DNA of 42,376 nucleotides from a virus (Duplodnaviria; Heunggongvirae; Uroviricota; Caudoviricetes): IMG/VR virus record IMGVR_UViG_2778261452_000001; one strand, 5' to 3'. Shown piece by piece: positions 8,595 to 17,885 of this stretch (position 1 is its first letter; each line of letters starts with the position of its first letter). The notes under the pieces were generated by a model. It saw only the letters and a program-made list of their open reading frames with translations, ran no database searches and was not told where the DNA came from. The position numbers and the translations under genes were made by a program.

Positions 8595-8984
8595 ATGGGC
8601 TTCCCTTCTCCTGCGGCGGATTATGTTGAAAGCCGAATTTCTCTTGATCAGCAACTAATCAGGCATCCATCAGCAACCTACTTCATGCGGGCAGCTGATA
8701 GCCATCACCGTGAGGGAATATTGCAGGGTGCTTTGCTGGTGGTTGATTCCTCGCTTACTCCGGTTGATGGTTCTCTGCTTGTGTGCGCTATGGAGGGTGA
8801 ATATCGCATAAAGAGATACAGGAAGTATCCGCGCCAGCACCTGGAGGATTTAAGCACCGGGAAGAAAGAGGCGTTACCAGTAGATGACGATGGATACACG
8901 GGCAGTAATGCTGTTTTTGGTGTGATCACTCATGTCATCAATGATGCCCGAAGTGGGGAATTTGATGATTGTCCGGTGATTTAA
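8595..8984 (+). CDS. humD: HumD, UmuD-like S24 peptidase (translesion synthesis accessory)
   Basis: 129-aa product with LexA/UmuD-type C-terminal fold region (ALLVVDSSLTPVDGSLLVCAMEGEYRIKRY); sits directly downstream of the LexA box, as P1 humD does. Confidence 0.8.
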   Translation: MGFPSPAADYVESRISLDQQLIRHPSATYFMRAADSHHREGILQGALLVVDSSLTPVDGSLLVCAMEGEYRIKRYRKYPRQHLEDLSTGKKEALPVDDDGYTGSNAVFGVITHVINDARSGEFDDCPVI

Positions 8985-9056
8985 GCTGCAAAGTGCTGGT
9001 GCTTTATGCCTGTGAAGTTTATAATTGTGTACACATAACGAGTACACGAGGTGTTT

Positions 9057-9278
9057 ATGCGATCCATTAACTTCCGTACCGCGCGCGGCAACCTTTCTGA
9101 AGTGCTCAACAATGTTGAAGCCGGGGAAGAGGTTGAAATCACCCGCAGAGGCCGTGAGCCAGCAGTAATTGTCAGCAAGGCTACTTTCGAAGCCTACAAA
9201 AAAGCGGCGCTGGATGCTGAATTTGCATCCCTGTTTGACACCCTGGACTCCACCAACAAGGAACTGGTTAACCGATAA
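9057..9278 (+). CDS. phd: Phd antitoxin (prevents host death)
   Basis: 73-aa product [73 protein letters not shown] matches recalled P1 Phd; ATG at 9057 (track start 9051 is GTG extension). Confidence 0.93.
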   Translation: MRSINFRTARGNLSEVLNNVEAGEEVEITRRGREPAVIVSKATFEAYKKAALDAEFASLFDTLDSTNKELVNR

Positions 9279-9658
9279 TGAGGCATATATCACCGGAAGA
9301 ACTTATTGCGCTTCATGATGCGAATATAAACCGCTACGGCGGCCTGCCGGGAATGTCAGATCCGGGTAGGGCAGAGGCCATTATCGGGAGAGTTCAGGCC
9401 AGAGTTGCCTACGAAGAGATCACCGACCTTTTCGAAGTCTCCGCCACCTACCTGGTGGCTACAGCGAGAGGGCATATATTCAATGATGCCAATAAGCGTA
9501 CCGCGCTAAACAGTGCGCTGTTATTTCTACGCCGTAACGGGGTGCAGGTATTTGACTCCCCTGAACTGGTAGACCTTACCGTAGGGGCTGCGACCGGAGA
9601 GATATCTGTATCTACTGTCGCCGCCACGTTACGTAGATTGTATGGTTCTGCGGAGTAG
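9278..9658 (+). CDS. doc: Doc toxin (Fic-fold kinase, death on curing)
   Basis: 126-aa product; start overlaps phd stop (TAATG); Fic-like core around [11 protein letters not shown]; canonical phd-doc operon. Confidence 0.93.
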   Translation: MRHISPEELIALHDANINRYGGLPGMSDPGRAEAIIGRVQARVAYEEITDLFEVSATYLVATARGHIFNDANKRTALNSALLFLRRNGVQVFDSPELVDLTVGAATGEISVSTVAATLRRLYGSAE

Positions 9659-9662
9659 ATCA

Positions 9663-9842
9663 ATGGCACGTAAATACAACAAATTGTCCCGTAGAGCGTT
9701 AAAGATGCTTCTTGATGGCGTGAGTCGCCGCGAGGTAAAGCAATACCTGGTTGGTAAGCAAATTGGTGCCAGGACCGCTATTGCTGTGTTATGCCGTCAG
9801 GAAATGGTTGTGCTTAAACAGAGAATGCCGGGCAGCAGATAA
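9663..9842 (+). CDS. pdcA: small basic protein downstream of doc
   Basis: ATG at 9663 with GGAG SD, 59 aa (track entry 9642 overlaps doc end); symbol by recalled P1 synteny, uncertain. Confidence 0.4.
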   Translation: MARKYNKLSRRALKMLLDGVSRREVKQYLVGKQIGARTAIAVLCRQEMVVLKQRMPGSR

Positions 9843-9869
9843 AGCCCAATCAGTGATGAAAGGTGTGAT

Positions 9870-10913
9870 GTGAAAGCCGTAATTACTCCCTTTGTACAAA
9901 AAGAGCTTGGCGTCGCCACATTCAAAGTGGATCAGGAAGTCAGAAAGCTGGTGGAGGCTGGCCGTAAATTTATTATGGAGCCGGTGCCGCGTGAGTTAAT
10001 CGAGCACATGGACGACGGCCTCGTTGTTTCCGAGCAAACTATGGCAACAAATGAGGCGTTGCAGCCGTTTTTTAACAGCGATGAACTGTTTCGCCGTATT
10101 GGTGGAATTGACGCGCTGGTGGCGTGGTTGCGTAGGAAAGAGGGTCAATGCCAGGCCGCAGATCGTAGTTGGTGTGACAACCATATTGTCCACGCTGAAC
10201 GAGACAATAGCGCGGTGTTGTTGTGCTGGCATCACGATAACCATTACCGGATGCGTGGTTTTAATGAGCTGAAAGAAACGCTGCATAATAATCGCGTTAA
10301 CTGGATACTGGATGTCGCCCGTCAGGAAATGGGGCTTTCAGATGGCCATGATTTAAGTATTCAGGAACTGTGCTGGTGGGCTTTCATGCGCAACATGATG
10401 CACCTGATGCCGGAAGAAGTTTGCCGTATATCAATAAATAAGATGAAAGCCGCAACGCAGGATAGCGGACCTCTGAAAGAGGCAGATATTCGCCCGTATG
10501 ACGATCGCGCTACAGCATATGTTCAGATGATGGAAGAACGCGCCGCGCCGATGCGTGCAAAAGTATGCTCTGTGGATGTTGACTCCGACCCTGGCATGGC
10601 GCATTTCAAAATACCAAAACTGCAATCGCTAAAATTACCTGAGTACATGGACTTTGTTGCTTCCCGTCCATGCTGTGGGTGTGGAGCGGCGGGAGCTGGC
10701 GCTCACATTACGCCTTATATCGTTCGTCATAGTCGATTATGCGCGCATGACATTTACGCAATTCCTCTGTGCCAGTCATGCCAGCGTGATATTGAGCGTG
10801 ACCGCGATAATTGGGAGAAGACGCACGGTAGGCTGGCGATGCATCAACGATTGTTCTTTGATTACGCGCTTGGAGTCGGCGCTATCACAAGTCACTCGTC
10901 GAGCGTTAGATAA
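9870..10913 (+). CDS. pdcB: hypothetical Cys-rich protein downstream of doc
   Basis: 347-aa ORF, GTG start with AAAGGTG SD; multiple Cys/His clusters (CCGCG, CQSCQ); symbol by synteny. Confidence 0.5.
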   Translation: MKAVITPFVQKELGVATFKVDQEVRKLVEAGRKFIMEPVPRELIEHMDDGLVVSEQTMATNEALQPFFNSDELFRRIGGIDALVAWLRRKEGQCQAADRSWCDNHIVHAERDNSAVLLCWHHDNHYRMRGFNELKETLHNNRVNWILDVARQEMGLSDGHDLSIQELCWWAFMRNMMHLMPEEVCRISINKMKAATQDSGPLKEADIRPYDDRATAYVQMMEERAAPMRAKVCSVDVDSDPGMAHFKIPKLQSLKLPEYMDFVASRPCCGCGAAGAGAHITPYIVRHSRLCAHDIYAIPLCQSCQRDIERDRDNWEKTHGRLAMHQRLFFDYALGVGAITSHSSSVR

Positions 10914-10914
10914 A

Positions 10915-10931
10915 ATTGCTCTAATGTATTG
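10915..10931 (+). promoter_or_regulatory. C1 repressor operator ATTGCTCTAATGTATTG upstream of lpa
   Basis: Matches recalled 17-bp asymmetric C1 operator consensus ATTGCTCTAATAAATTT in first 11 positions. Confidence 0.7.
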
Positions 10932-11001
10932 CTATTTCTTTAATCGAGGGTATTATATTCCACGTTGATTAGTTGACATGGGCTAATCAGTAGGTGACAG
11001 G

Positions 11002-11454
11002 ATGTTACTTAACTGGCAGGGACGCCACTTCATGGAAATAAAACACTCACGAATAACATCGTACGAGATTGCGGATTACATGATCCGCACTAAATCTCTT
11101 CTATCAGCGAAAGAACTCGCAGCAATTCTTGAAAAGGAATACCCGCATCTGGATGTCGATAAGCGCGATGTTTATCTGCGCTTAAAGGCTATCGCTGTGT
11201 CTAAGTATTCGTCTGTTTTGATTGATGACAGTACACGCCCACGTAGATTTCAGATCCACTCTCTGAATCCTGAATTCTTTCGCCGTAGCCGCGCTCCGCG
11301 CCGGTTTGATGAAAAACTCCAGAACGAACTCTATATGACGCAGGACGAAAAGGAACGCCGGGAGCACCAGCCTTGGGTAATGGCGCGTCAACTTTTCAAT
11401 AAGGTGGCCCGTCAGCACCGTCATTACGGTAATGCCACATCCGCACGTATCTGA
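11002..11454 (+). CDS. lpa: Lpa, late promoter activator (gene 10)
   Basis: 150-aa ORF preceded by a C1 operator and followed by pacA, as in P1; ATG at 11002 with AGGTGA SD. Confidence 0.6.
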   Translation: MLLNWQGRHFMEIKHSRITSYEIADYMIRTKSLLSAKELAAILEKEYPHLDVDKRDVYLRLKAIAVSKYSSVLIDDSTRPRRFQIHSLNPEFFRRSRAPRRFDEKLQNELYMTQDEKERREHQPWVMARQLFNKVARQHRHYGNATSARI

Positions 11455-11539
11455 TTGATTGCTTGCCCGTTCCGGGCCTTTTGACATGTGACTTTCGTTA
11501 CCCTCGCGTCAAAAAGAGTTTTTACGAAAGGAAGCATAA

Positions 11540-12733
11540 GTGACCTGGGACGATCACAAAAAGAATTTTGCTCGCCTGGCGCGAGATGGTGGTTACACCA
11601 TCGCACAGTATGCCGCCGAGTTTAATCTTAACCCTAATACCGCACGTCGTTATCTCCGTGCCTTCAAAGAAGACACCAGGACTGCGGACAGCCGCAAGCC
11701 AAATAAGCCAGTCAGGAAGCCACTAAAAAGCATGATCATTGATCACTCTAATGATCAACATGCAGGTGATCATATTGCGGCTGAAATAGCGGAAAAACAG
11801 AGAGTTAATGCCGTTGTCAGTGCCGCAGTCGAGAATGCGAAGCGCCAAAATAAGCGCATAAATGATCGTTCAGATGATCATGACGTGATCACCCGCGCCC
11901 ACCGGACCTTACGTGATCGCCTGGAACGCGACACCCTGGATGATGATGGTGAACGCTTTGAATTCGAAGCTGGCGATTACCTGATAGATAACGTTGAAGC
12001 GCGGAAGGCCGCGCGCGCTATGTTGCGTCGGTCCGGGGCCGATGTTCTGGAAACCACTCTTCTTGAAAAGTCTCTTTCTCATCTCCTTATGCTGGAGAAC
12101 GCCAGGGATACGTGTATTCGCCTGGTGCAGGAAATGCGCGATCAGCAAAAGGACGATGATGAAGGTACTCCGCCTGAATACCGTATCGCGAGCATGCTAA
12201 ACAGCTGTTCCGCGCAGATAAGCAGCCTGATCAACACCATTTACAGCATCCGGAATAACTATCGAAAAGAAAGCCGGGAGGCGGAAAAGCACGCTTTGTC
12301 TATGGGGCAAGCTGGCATTGTTAAGCTGGCATACGAACGAAAGCGTGAAAATAACTGGTCAGTGCTGGAAGCAGCTGAATTCATCGAGGCGCATGGCGGG
12401 AAAGTGCCGCCCCTGATGCTGGAGCAAATCAAAGCCGATCTGCGTGCTCCGAAGACCAATACCGATGATGAGGAAAGGCAAACAGCCGTCGGTGGCCCTT
12501 CTCTTGAAGATCTGGACAAAGTTGCGCGAGAACGGGCCGCCAACCGCCGCGCCGATGCCGCATTGTGGATTGAGCAGCGTAGGGAAGAAATCGCCGATAT
12601 CGTTGATACAGGCGGTTATGGAGATGTTGATACTGAAGGTGTATCAAACGACCCATGGCTGGAACAAGACCTGGACGAAGACGAGGAGGAAGACGAAGAA
12701 GTTACCCGCAAGCTATACGGGGATGATGATTAA
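11540..12733 (+). CDS. pacA: PacA, terminase small subunit
   Basis: 397-aa product, GTG start with AAAGGAAG SD; contains the pac hexanucleotide cluster; acidic C-terminus; size matches P1 PacA. Confidence 0.85.
   Translation: MTWDDHKKNFARLARDGGYTIAQYAAEFNLNPNTARRYLRAFKEDTRTADSRKPNKPVRKPLKSMIIDHSNDQHAGDHIAAEIAEKQRVNAVVSAAVENAKRQNKRINDRSDDHDVITRAHRTLRDRLERDTLDDDGERFEFEAGDYLIDNVEARKAARAMLRRSGADVLETTLLEKSLSHLLMLENARDTCIRLVQEMRDQQKDDDEGTPPEYRIASMLNSCSAQISSLINTIYSIRNNYRKESREAEKHALSMGQAGIVKLAYERKRENNWSVLEAAEFIEAHGGKVPPLMLEQIKADLRAPKTNTDDEERQTAVGGPSLEDLDKVARERAANRRADAALWIEQRREEIADIVDTGGYGDVDTEGVSNDPWLEQDLDEDEEEDEEVTRKLYGDDD
11733..11891. other. pac packaging site: seven TGATCA/G hexamers (4 + 3) each carrying a Dam GATC
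   Basis: Read directly: TGATCA at 11733, 11740, 11752, 11767; TGATCG 11863, TGATCA 11875, 11886; arrangement matches recalled P1 pac. Confidence 0.8.
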
Positions 12734-14217
12734 TGGCCAGAAGTTGCGTAATGGATCCACGTTGGCGCGAGCTGGTGGCGCTATATCGTTATGACTGGAT
12801 TGCTGCCGCTGATGTTTTGTTCGGCAAAACACCTACCTGGCAGCAGGATCTGATTATTGAGTCTGTGCAGGAACAGGGTAGCAAGACATCTGTTTCGTCT
12901 GGTCACGGTACCGGGAAATCAGACATGACTTCTATCATGATCATGTTGTTCATAATCATGTATCCCGGTGCCCGCGCCATTATCGTTGCGAACAAAATTC
13001 AGCAGGTAATGACCGGTATATTCAAGTACATCAAGATAAACTGGGCTACTGCCACCAGCCGTTTCCCATGGCTTGCTGATTATTTTGTTCTGACAGAAAC
13101 CGCTTTCTATGAGGTTACTGGTAAAGGTGTATGGACTGTAGTACCGAAGGGCTTTCGTTTGGGAAGTGAAGAAGCTCTCGCCGGTGAACACGCAGATCAT
13201 CTTCTGTATATTATCGATGAAGCCTCCGGTGTCAGTGATAGAGCTTTCGGTATCATCACCGGTGCTCTTACCGGACAGGATAACCGCATCTTATTACTGT
13301 CACAGCCTACACGCCCAAGCGGCTATTTCTACGATACACACCATAAACTGGCCAAGCGTCCTGGTAACCCTGATGGCGTTTATACGGCGATCACGCTTAA
13401 CAGTGAGGAATCACCGCTGGTAACGCCAGCATTTATCAAAATGAAGCTGGCGGAGTACGGCGGGCGTGATAACCCTATGTACATGATTAAGGTACGCGGC
13501 CTATTCCCTAAATCACAGGATGGCTTCCTTCTTGGACGTGATGAGGTTGAACGTGCAACGCGGCGGAAAGTCAAGATTGCCAAAGGATGGGGCTGGCTTG
13601 CATGTGTGGACGTTGCTGGTGGTACGGGACGGGATAAGTCCGTTATCAATATCATGATGGTGTCCGGCCAGCGAAATAAACGCCGTGTAATCAACTATCG
13701 AATGCTGGAATACACAGACGTTACAGAAACGCAGCTTGCCGCCAAAATTTTCGCAGAATGCAATCCTGAGCGATTCCCAAATATCACCATAGCGATAGAC
13801 GGCGATGGCTTGGGTAAAGCAACGGCGGATCTGATGTACGAGTATTATGGTATTACCGTACAGCGTATACGCTGGGGTAAAAAGATGCATAGCCGTGAAG
13901 ATAAGAGCCTGTACTTTGATAAACGTGCTTATGCCAACGTTCAAGCCGCAGAGGCCGTAAAATCTGGTCGTATGAGACTGGATAAGGGTAATGAAACTAT
14001 TGAGGAAGCGTCGAAAATCCCTGTAGGGATTAACTCCGCAGGTCAATGGAAGGTGATGAGTAAGGAGGATATGAAGAAAAAACTCAACCTGCACTCACCA
14101 GACCATTGGGATACATATTGTTTCGCTATGCTGGCGGATTATGTTCCCCAGGATGAAGTGCTTAGCGTCGAAGACGAAGCGCAGGTTGATGAAGCTCTGG
14201 CATGGCTTAATGAATAA
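12733..14217 (+). CDS. pacB: PacB, terminase large subunit (ATPase plus nuclease)
   Basis: 494-aa product; start overlaps pacA stop (TAATG); Walker A SGHGTGKS and Walker [10 protein letters not shown] read directly. Confidence 0.85.
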   Translation: MARSCVMDPRWRELVALYRYDWIAAADVLFGKTPTWQQDLIIESVQEQGSKTSVSSGHGTGKSDMTSIMIMLFIIMYPGARAIIVANKIQQVMTGIFKYIKINWATATSRFPWLADYFVLTETAFYEVTGKGVWTVVPKGFRLGSEEALAGEHADHLLYIIDEASGVSDRAFGIITGALTGQDNRILLLSQPTRPSGYFYDTHHKLAKRPGNPDGVYTAITLNSEESPLVTPAFIKMKLAEYGGRDNPMYMIKVRGLFPKSQDGFLLGRDEVERATRRKVKIAKGWGWLACVDVAGGTGRDKSVINIMMVSGQRNKRRVINYRMLEYTDVTETQLAAKIFAECNPERFPNITIAIDGDGLGKATADLMYEYYGITVQRIRWGKKMHSREDKSLYFDKRAYANVQAAEAVKSGRMRLDKGNETIEEASKIPVGINSAGQWKVMSKEDMKKKLNLHSPDHWDTYCFAMLADYVPQDEVLSVEDEAQVDEALAWLNE

Positions 14218-14241
14218 CTCATTGACCATGCCGGATAGAAA

Positions 14242-15093
14242 CTATTGCGCGCTTTCGGGATTGTCGTTTACTGGCTGCCCCTTCTTAGTTTTACGGCTGC
14301 GCGTAACTGATGCGGCTGATTTGACCTTTTTCTCTTCGCGAGTGATGGCAATTTGTTTTTTTACATTTTCAATATCTGCCAGGCGATATATTTTTGCCTG
14401 CGGCCAGCGGTCGCAGATGATCGGTTCTATAGAGTCATAAAGGCTAAATTTTGCTTTCTCGAATTCACCGTTGATGATGATTCCATCACGGAGAGTTTCA
14501 TCGCAGATAAACACACCACACAGCGGCACATGGTAACTAACTGATTTACCATCATTGTAGTTAGGGCTACTGGAAATGTAATGGACGCGCAGCATTGTTT
14601 CGCTAAAGCCGTGTACACGCATACGGAATTTTTCATCCTCCGGGTACTGCTTCATTAGCTCTTTTGTTGCTTCCAGGTTCTCTATGTATTTCGCACTGTG
14701 CTCATTGATCCCCGCGCTTTTCTGGATGCGAATGTCCTTATCAATCAGATGAATAATGCGGCCAGCGGTCATGTTGACGCTGTTCACAGCTTCTGTCTGA
14801 TAAGTTGTAACCTTACGCACACCGCGAAGGATGTTAGGCACTGGATATAAAATAGTCTTTGGGATATTGAGGTCTGGGTACTGTTCCAGTTCCCGCGCCA
14901 TTAAAGTCCATTTATCAATTTCAGCCTGAATGCTGTCCGTTTCTTTGAACGGCAGAACGACAACCGGGCGAACAGGACGACCGTCGCTGGCGGCATCAAC
15001 GTGTTGGGCGCGTGCAACAGCTTTTTTTAGAAAGAGATCCCTGAAGCTGACGAACTCCTGGTACAGTTGTTCGCCGTAGACATAATTTATCAT
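14242..15093 (-). CDS. c1: C1 repressor of lysogeny
   Basis: 283-aa minus-strand ORF with GGAGGAGG SD; length and position (between pacB and coi/loxP) match P1 c1; operators with its consensus occur in this window. Confidence 0.88.
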   Translation of the reverse strand: MINYVYGEQLYQEFVSFRDLFLKKAVARAQHVDAASDGRPVRPVVVLPFKETDSIQAEIDKWTLMARELEQYPDLNIPKTILYPVPNILRGVRKVTTYQTEAVNSVNMTAGRIIHLIDKDIRIQKSAGINEHSAKYIENLEATKELMKQYPEDEKFRMRVHGFSETMLRVHYISSSPNYNDGKSVSYHVPLCGVFICDETLRDGIIINGEFEKAKFSLYDSIEPIICDRWPQAKIYRLADIENVKKQIAITREEKKVKSAASVTRSRKTKKGQPVNDNPESAQ

Positions 15094-15115
15094 TGATCCT
15101 CCTCCAGAATTGACA

Positions 15116-15158
15116 TGGCCAACAACTCACAGCGGATTACACTGGGAGTTGTTGGCCA
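15116..15158. repeat. 13-bp perfect inverted repeat TGGCCAACAACTC-N17-GAGTTGTTGGCCA in coi-c1 intercistronic region
   Basis: Read directly; arms at 15116-15128 and 15146-15158. Confidence 0.5.
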
Positions 15159-15203
15159 CCATTATAGAAGGATCCAACGAAAATAATAGATTTATTAGTG
15201 CAT

Positions 15204-15413
15204 TTATTGTGAGTCTGGCTGGTTAGTGGCCATGAGATATTCGATTGTGTCAGTGAGATCATCCAGGTCGTCTTGGGTGATGCGGTACTCCTGATTGGAT
15301 ATCTTTGAGTAGTGTTCAGCAATGGCGCGGGCAGCGTCGGTTTCGGCGGGGTCTACAGATAAAGCGTTAGAGCAATGTCTAACGTCGTCGATGGTTGGTG
15401 GAATGAAAGCCAT
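15204..15413 (-). CDS. coi: Coi, C1 inactivator
   Basis: 69-aa minus-strand ORF immediately upstream of c1, GTGAGG SD; size and position match P1 coi. Confidence 0.75.
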   Translation of the reverse strand: MAFIPPTIDDVRHCSNALSVDPAETDAARAIAEHYSKISNQEYRITQDDLDDLTDTIEYLMATNQPDSQ

Positions 15414-15651
15414 AATTATGCCTCACTGTATTGACAACACAGAGCCTGAAGCTCTGACCTACTGTTTCACCCATGATCCATGCTGGGGTAATCTAACAAC
15501 ATTGCGCTGTGTGTAAGATGAGCAATGCATAGCTGTAATGCCGTTGTATAAGGTTTCCCTGTTTGCTCATTTCCTTCTGAGCCGCTCTACAACGCTGAAG
15601 ACACATTAAATAGTGAATCCAAAGTCGTATTACGAAACGGCGGCAAAACTA

Positions 15652-15668
15652 TAATTTATTAGAGCAAT
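15652..15668 (-). promoter_or_regulatory. C1 operator (minus strand ATTGCTCTAATAAATTA)
   Basis: 16/17 match to C1 operator consensus, upstream of coi-c1. Confidence 0.75.
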
Positions 15669-15734
15669 TGTCAAACAACTATGAAAAACAATCCAGTTTT
15701 TGGCTGGTGGAGTGGGATTTTTCTCTCAAAATTT

Positions 15735-15751
15735 ATTGCTCTAATAATTCT
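15735..15751 (+). promoter_or_regulatory. C1 operator ATTGCTCTAATAATTCT
   Basis: Core ATTGCTCTAATAA matches C1 operator consensus; between coi and loxP. Confidence 0.7.
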
Positions 15752-15794
15752 TGATTTTTATGCGCAGCTGGACGTAAACTCCTCTTCGGACCTA

Positions 15795-15828
15795 ATAACT
15801 TCGTATAGCATACATTATACGAAGTTAT
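15795..15828. other. loxP recombination site
   Basis: Exact 34-bp ATAACTTCGTATA-GCATACAT-TATACGAAGTTAT read directly. Confidence 0.97.
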
Positions 15829-15900
15829 CTTAGGGGTTATTGAACATGATCAATTTACCTGTAAATCCATACAGTTCAATACCTTATCAGGTCAAATAGT

Positions 15901-15920
15901 GATCACTTGATCATTTGATC
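15901..15920. promoter_or_regulatory. cluster of three Dam GATC sites in cre upstream region
   Basis: GATC at 15901, 15909, 15917 read directly; consistent with methylation-sensitive cre promoter region described for P1. Confidence 0.6.
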
Positions 15921-15926
15921 AAGGTT

Positions 15927-15985
15927 GCGCTACGTAAAATCTGCGAAATGTTGGCGGTGTTAGTCCTACAGATTTCGCGTAGCGC
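15927..15985. other. interrupted stem-loop (8 bp + 7 bp stems) between loxP and cre
   Basis: GCGCTACG/CGTAGCGC and AAATCTG/CAGATTT pair as reverse complements around a ~29-nt loop; read directly. Confidence 0.4.
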
Positions 15986-16017
15986 ACTTAGCACCACCAA
16001 TCAATCAGAGGTGAAAA

Positions 16018-16239
16018 ATGGGATATTCAGCTGCTAAAGTGTCCACTCATCTTGAGCTTGAGAAAAACCGTGGTTACTGGCGGGCAAAAGGGTTTGAGCG
16101 TGATAGTTACCAACTGTCATTATCTCGCGGTGAAGAGAAAATAGAACGCACGCGCGGTCGCTGGCGTTTCTATGACGAGAACCATAAACAGGTAAAGGCA
16201 GAGCCGATCCTGTACACTTTACTTAAAACCATTATCTGA
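16018..16239 (+). CDS. hypothetical basic protein upstream of cre
   Basis: 73-aa ORF, ATG with GAGGTG SD 5 nt upstream, ends 8 nt before cre ATG; I do not recall a P1 gene here. Confidence 0.4.
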   Translation: MGYSAAKVSTHLELEKNRGYWRAKGFERDSYQLSLSRGEEKIERTRGRWRFYDENHKQVKAEPILYTLLKTII

Positions 16240-16246
16240 GTGTTAA

Positions 16247-17278
16247 ATGTCCAATTTACTGACCGTACACCAAAATTTGCCTGCATTACCGGTCGATGCA
16301 ACGAGTGATGAGGTTCGCAAGAATCTGATGGACATGTTCAGGGATCGCCAGGCGTTTTCTGAGCATACCTGGAAAATGCTTCTGTCCGTTTGCCGGTCGT
16401 GGGCGGCATGGTGCAAGTTGAATAACCGGAAATGGTTTCCCGCAGAACCTGAAGATGTTCGCGATTATCTTCTATATCTTCAGGCGCGCGGTCTGGCAGT
16501 AAAAACTATCCAGCAACATTTGGGCCAGCTAAACATGCTTCATCGTCGGTCCGGGCTGCCACGACCAAGTGACAGTAATGCTGTTTCACTGGTCATGCGA
16601 CGGATCCGAAAAGAAAACGTTGATGCCGGTGAACGTGCAAAACAGGCACTGGCGTTCGAACGCACTGATTTCGACCAGGTTCGTTCACTCATGGAAAATA
16701 GCGATCGCTGCCAGGATATACGTAATCTGGCATTTCTGGGGATTGCTTATAACACCCTGTTACGTATAGCCGAAATTGCCAGGATCAGGGTTAAAGATAT
16801 CTCACGTACTGACGGTGGGAGAATGTTAATCCATATTGGCAGAACGAAAACGCTGGTTAGCACCGCAGGTGTAGAGAAGGCACTTAGCCTGGGGGTAACT
16901 AAACTGGTCGAGCGATGGATTTCTGTCTCTGGTGTGGCTGATGATCCGAATAACTACTTGTTTTGCCGTGTCAGAAAAAATGGTGTTGCCGCGCCATCTG
17001 CCACCAGCCAGCTATCAACTCGCGCCCTGGAAGGGATTTTTGAAGCAACTCATCGATTGATTTACGGCGCTAAGGATGACTCTGGTCAGAGATACCTGGC
17101 CTGGTCTGGACACAGTGCCCGTGTCGGAGCCGCGCGAGATATGGCCCGCGCCGGAGTTTCAATACCGGAGATCATGCAAGCTGGTGGCTGGACCAACGTG
17201 AATATTGTCATGAACTATATCCGTAACCTGGATAGTGAAACGGGGGCAATGGTACGCCTGCTGGAAGATGGCGATTAG
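16247..17278 (+). CDS. cre: Cre site-specific tyrosine recombinase
   Basis: 343-aa product MSNLLTVHQNLPALPVDATSDEVRKNLMDMFRDRQAFSEHTWKMLLSVCRSWAAWCKLNNRKWFPAEPEDVRDYLLYLQARGLAVKTIQQHL... ending MVRLLEDGD, recognised as Cre; loxP lies ~450 bp upstream. Confidence 0.97.
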   Translation: MSNLLTVHQNLPALPVDATSDEVRKNLMDMFRDRQAFSEHTWKMLLSVCRSWAAWCKLNNRKWFPAEPEDVRDYLLYLQARGLAVKTIQQHLGQLNMLHRRSGLPRPSDSNAVSLVMRRIRKENVDAGERAKQALAFERTDFDQVRSLMENSDRCQDIRNLAFLGIAYNTLLRIAEIARIRVKDISRTDGGRMLIHIGRTKTLVSTAGVEKALSLGVTKLVERWISVSGVADDPNNYLFCRVRKNGVAAPSATSQLSTRALEGIFEATHRLIYGAKDDSGQRYLAWSGHSARVGAARDMARAGVSIPEIMQAGGWTNVNIVMNYIRNLDSETGAMVRLLEDGD

Positions 17279-17295
17279 CCGTTCATTTGCGCTTG

Positions 17296-17312
17296 ATTGC
17301 TCTAATTATTTG
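17296..17312 (+). promoter_or_regulatory. C1 operator ATTGCTCTAATTATTTG
   Basis: Core matches C1 operator consensus; between cre and cra. Confidence 0.7.
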
Positions 17313-17328
17313 ATATTTATGGTGACGC

Positions 17329-17640
17329 ATGCGGAAGGATTTCAAAATAGACGGAAAATATGTGGTGCTGTCTGTAAGCTCTCAAATTCAGTCACCATCT
17401 GTCATTGTCACCGTAAAATTGAGCGATAGGATGCCTGATATCGACTCGATATCTGTTGCGTTCCCCGTTAAAAGCATGCGGAGCGCTGAACATTTTGTGA
17501 TGAATGCAACGGAGGAGGAAGCGCGGCGCGGGCTTACTAGAGTGATGGCGGAATTTGGCGAACTCCTGGGTAAGGTAAACAATGCCCTTTCAATCAGTTC
17601 AGCAAGATCCAAAGCGTTAACAGCTTCCATGATGAAATAA
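17329..17640 (+). CDS. cra: Cra-position protein (cre-associated), function unknown
   Basis: 103-aa ORF between cre and ref; ATG at 17329 with weak SD, internal start possible; symbol by synteny. Confidence 0.45.
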   Translation: MRKDFKIDGKYVVLSVSSQIQSPSVIVTVKLSDRMPDIDSISVAFPVKSMRSAEHFVMNATEEEARRGLTRVMAEFGELLGKVNNALSISSARSKALTASMMK

Positions 17641-17643
17641 AAA

Positions 17644-17664
17644 AGCCTGGCAAGGAGCCAGGCT
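17644..17664. terminator. stem-loop AGCCTGGC-loop-GCCAGGCT flanked by A-run (5') and weak T content (3')
   Basis: Read directly after cra stop; on the minus strand the hairpin is followed by TTTTTTATTT, so it looks like a stronger terminator for antisense transcription. Confidence 0.4.
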
Positions 17665-17770
17665 GCACAAAAGAGCGGGTTTGTATTCCGCATCCAATCA
17701 ATCAAGAAGGAGTATAGCACACAGGTACTGAAGTGAAAAAATGTGATTCGCGATAAACAAAATATCTACC

Positions 17771-17800
17771 ATTGCTCTAATTGATTGCTATAATTGAGCC
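17771..17800 (+). promoter_or_regulatory. tandem overlapping C1 operators (ATTGCTCTAATTGATTG and ATTGCTATAATTG) overlapping a TATAAT -10
   Basis: Two operator-like 17-mers at 17771-17787 and 17784-17800; TATAAT at 17789-17794; matches the known C1-repressed ref promoter arrangement. Confidence 0.7.
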
Positions 17801-17854
17801 GCAGTTTTTGTCAACTACGAAGACGTTGCCATTACTTCACTCCTTGACATCATT

Positions 17855-17880
17855 GGCGGCCATTAGGCCGCCTTTTTTTT
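17855..17880 (+). terminator. intrinsic-terminator-like hairpin GGCGGCC-ATTA-GGCCGCC followed by T8, ending 5 nt before ref ATG
   Basis: Perfect 7-bp GC stem plus eight T read directly. Confidence 0.6.
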
Positions 17881-17885
17881 GCCAT

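Noticed and set aside
12444-12794. 116-aa ORF spanning the pacA-pacB junction
   Set aside because: Out-of-frame overlap with both terminase genes; no support.
17781-17885. N-terminal extension of the ref ORF given in the ORF track
   Set aside because: Would start at TTG inside the C1 operator and translate through the terminator hairpin; the ATG at 17886 gives the expected 186-aa Ref.
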